This document shows, piece after piece, positions 60,590 through 64,000 of a DNA stretch of 64,000 nucleotides (positions are counted from its first letter, which is position 1; each line of letters starts with the position of its first letter). Both the position numbers and the translations under genes were made by a program. The DNA is from Paraspadella gotoi (lineage: Eukaryota > Animalia > Chaetognatha). The notes under the pieces were generated by a model. It saw only the letters and a list, made by a program, of their open reading frames with translations. It was not told where the DNA came from and did no database searches. The stretch spans positions 12,265,866 to 12,329,865 of the forward strand of contig CM119265.1 of assembly GCA_051294375.1 (NCBI GenBank), in the 5' to 3' direction.

Positions 60590-62331
60590 TTTGAGAAACT
60601 AGAAGTTTATAAAGTGTTCATTTTGGCCCGCCTTACATAGATATACTTGCAGTGATTAAACAATGTTATCGGAATAATATTTATCTAATTTTATGTATTT
60701 TGTAAGTATTTTAAGTATTTTTATCGTGAGTAAAATAACAACTTTTTTATTCGCTAATTTTTATTCGGTACTGCATCTCTCATTTCTCTCTTCTTTGCAT
60801 TGCAATGATCCTTATGCTCATTTTTCTGCTCTCTCTCTCACTCTCTCTGCTTGCAATTGCGACGATCCTTATCTATTTTTAGTCGGATCTGCTTATCAGC
60901 AGATTACAACTCTATAACCTATAATCCACTTTCGGTCCCGTTGGTCCGCCCCACTCATATTTCGGGTACAACTTATATATTCAAAATTTCGAATTATGAT
61001 AAATTATGCAAAATAAAGAGTTGTCCGTGTCTGTCTCGTCCTCAAAGGTCGTCCACCTTAGCTTAAACACCCAATTGTCTCGTGATTGGCTGGGATGGAT
61101 TTGGAATGAATTTTGTGTCTGGTATTAGGAGAGTGTGATTGACTGGATATCAAGTTTGATAGTATATCGATCGCGAGTGGAAATGAGTTTTAAATGGGAA
61201 AAAACAAAAAAATATAATTCACTATTTGAAACAACAATTGCTCGGATCGATTGAAGCTGGAATTTTGGTAGGAATATGTGGTGTGATTGGAGAACAGGAA
61301 AACAAGTTTCGATGGAATTTTTAGGTGGAAATAAGTTTAAATGAAAAAAAAACAAACCTGTTTTACTAATTGATATGTTCTTTTTCCTTATATAAAATGT
61401 ATTGCAGGATGTATTAATAAATCAAATAATTAATCAGTTAATTAATCAATTAGTAAATAAATAATCAATAATTAATTAATTAGTCAATCAATCCGTCCAT
61501 CCTCCCATTAGCAAAAAGCTCCAATAACTCATGATTGGCTGGTTGGATTGAATAGATTTTGTGTGTGTGGGTAGGAAAGTGTGTGATAAAGCTGGATATA
61601 AAGTTTCGAGGAATCGTTGAGTGGAAATTGAGTTTAAAGTGGAAAAACATAAGTGATTTACTAAAAATCTTTTTACTTATTTTAACCAATAAGTACTCTA
61701 ATTAATCATAATAGATTGGATAGATTGAGTTCAATTTTTTTGTGTGGGTAGAAAAATGTGTAACGATGCTTGATATAAAGTTTCGGTGGAAACGTACGAG
61801 TGGAAATGAGTTTAAATGAAAAAAATATGAGTCACATTTACTTGAATCTTTTTACTTATTTTAACCCATAATAGATTGAGATGAAATTTTGTGAGTGGGA
61901 AGGAAAGTGTGTGAAAAAGCTAGATATAAAGTTTAGACGGAATTGTGCCAGTGGAATATGATGTTTAATGGATTAAAGAACATATAGTCCACATTACTTG
62001 AATCTTTATTATTTGATGATTACTATTATGATTACTAATAAATGTTTTGAATTAATTAATTAATTAATTAATGTGAAAAATGATGCAATTTAAAAAAATT
62101 ATGCAAGTTGAAAAAATGATGCAAGCAGAAAAATAATGCAAGTTAAAAAATCCTAAAAGCTATAAGGATCGTCGCAATTGCAAGAGAGAGAGAGAGAGAG
62201 AGAAGAGAACCGCGACGCCACACAAGAGAGCAGAAATGAGCATAAGGATCGTCGCAATTGCAAAGAGAGAGAGAGAAGAGAGAGAGAGAGAAGAAGAGCA
62301 GACAAATGAGCATAAGGATCGTCGCAATTGC

Positions 62332-62363
<32 letters not shown>

Positions 62364-62540
62364 TCCGAGATAAAAATTAGCAATATAAAAAGTTGTTATT
62401 TTACTCACTGAATAAAAATACTTAAAATACTTACAAATACATAAAATTGATAAAATTATTATTCCGATAACATGCATTATATCTAGTAAGGGCGGGCCAA
62501 AAATTGAACACTTTTTATAACTTCTAGTTCTCTCAAAAAA
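60590..62540. mobile_element. Inverted-repeat element enclosing copy 2 of the Helentron-like element (60876 to ~62150)
   Basis: 60590-60872 is mirrored by 62160-62540 (TTGCAATTGCGACGATCCTTAT / ATAAGGATCGTCGCAATTGCAA, tandemly repeated). 59990-60125 duplicates 60505-60640. Confidence 0.65.
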
Positions 62541-62699
62541 ATGGCTGAACGATTGTGGACGTGAGGTGGTTGTGAATAATATTCACTGAATATATCACCA
62601 CAGTACCCTTTTTTGTGAACAGAACACATTCCAAAAAAATTTTTCCAATTTTTTTTATTATTTTTGTTTTGAACAGATGTACAGACGTTTACTCTTTCA

Positions 62700-62870
62700 C
62701 ATCGCATCAATCATTTGGTTATCATCACATAAATCATTTGGTTATCATCGCATCAATTATTGGTTATAATCGCATCAATATTTGGTTATGCATCGCATCA
62801 ATATTGGTTATCATCGCATCAATATTTGGTTATCATCGCGTCAATAATTGGTTATCATCGCATAATAATC
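62700..62870. repeat. ~21 bp tandem repeat
   Basis: ATCGCATCAATATTTGGTTATC, about 8 copies. Confidence 0.85.
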
Positions 62871-64000
62871 AATTCCTACTACATAAATAATTACTATTAC
62901 ATCAATAATTCGTAATCACATCGGATGTTTTCATTAATTTTCTTTAATAGCTAGCTGGCTCGATCAATACTACTTTTAAGATTTTTTAAAAAAATTTTAT
63001 TAAAAATAAAAAGAAAAATTGACAAAAGTGATTAAATTATTAACAAGTTTGAGCAAACGATATCAGAATGTACTTATTTTTATTTACTGTAAGAAAAGTG
63101 CATTCCCCTTTTCTTTTTAACGTAGTTCAAACCTATTAAAATAAAAACAATTATTAAGGTAAGTAATTTTTTTTAATATTAAAAGTTTTTAACCTATAGT
63201 CTTTTTTTAAAAATTATTTTAGCAAAACAAAGGCTCTCTATTCAATTGAGGCATAATTTTCTTTTTAATCTTTCACAAACATTGTTAAAAATATCATTTT
63301 TAAAAAGATTATCAAATAGCCTAAAACAATAGGTTTAAAAAAATTTATTTGGTAAGAAAAATATAATTATACTAATAGTGCGAGTATGTAACATAGTCAA
63401 TTTTTTCCGCTCTACAAGATAGATTGGGTTTCGTCCCTTAGTAATAAATCTTTAAAAGATATTATTGAAAAAGTCAATTTTTTACCTTTTTTTTTATTTT
63501 TTTCAAGAGTTGGCCACATTTACTGTAAATTTTTTTTTTGAAAACAAATGTTCAAAAAATTCATATGATATATGGGCACCTTTTATACAAACGTTTTTTG
63601 ATTTGAAAACTTTCATATATGGAAAGGTCTACTCTTTATGTCTGCATTAAAACTCTGACTTTGGTTTGTGCAATGTTAGTAGAAAAGATATGTGAACCAA
63701 AATGTTGTGAGGTTGTCCTCAATATTGCAAAAAATTTAAGTCCTTACTAAATCCTAGTCTTTGAAGAACCTCTGCCCTTGCCGCTTCGGCCATGAGAGAA
63801 TGCTTCAAATGCCTATTAAAAAATCTTATTCTTTTTTTCATAAAAAATATAAATAATGACACTTCTTCCCTTGATATCTTTGTGCAAATCTTATTCTTCT
63901 CTCACTTAAAATTTTGATAGCAAATAGATATTACATTTTCAAAGTTAAATTAAATTTTTTTTTCCAATACATGGACCCAATCATTTTTTAAAAGGTTTTG

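Overview
This is AT-rich, intron-containing animal (invertebrate-like) genomic DNA with many (AG)n microsatellites and an assembly gap at 53697-53721; noisy, low-complexity sequence follows the gap. Hand-splicing with phase checks supports ten protein genes: an unknown Ser/Pro/Thr-rich gene (-), hexokinase (+), a Prrx homeobox gene (+), a PDGF/VEGF-family ligand (-), alpha-tubulin (-) with TMEM101 (+) nested in intron 3, and a tight co-oriented block FTSJ3-PRPF38B-COQ8-Schlafen/AlbA_2 gene (+). Intergenic and intronic space holds nested MITE/foldback elements, Helentron-like repeats, Penelope-type hammerhead motifs, telomere-like repeats and a retrotransposon relic. The leads most worth following are the operon-like four-gene block, the Schlafen-domain gene, an in-frame GC-AG intron inside the Prrx homeobox, the hammerhead motifs, a GC-rich multi-hairpin island with a predicted kissing loop, a PVF lacking one dimerisation cysteine, and a hexokinase start codon apparently made by splicing. 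All calls were made by eye, with no database searches.
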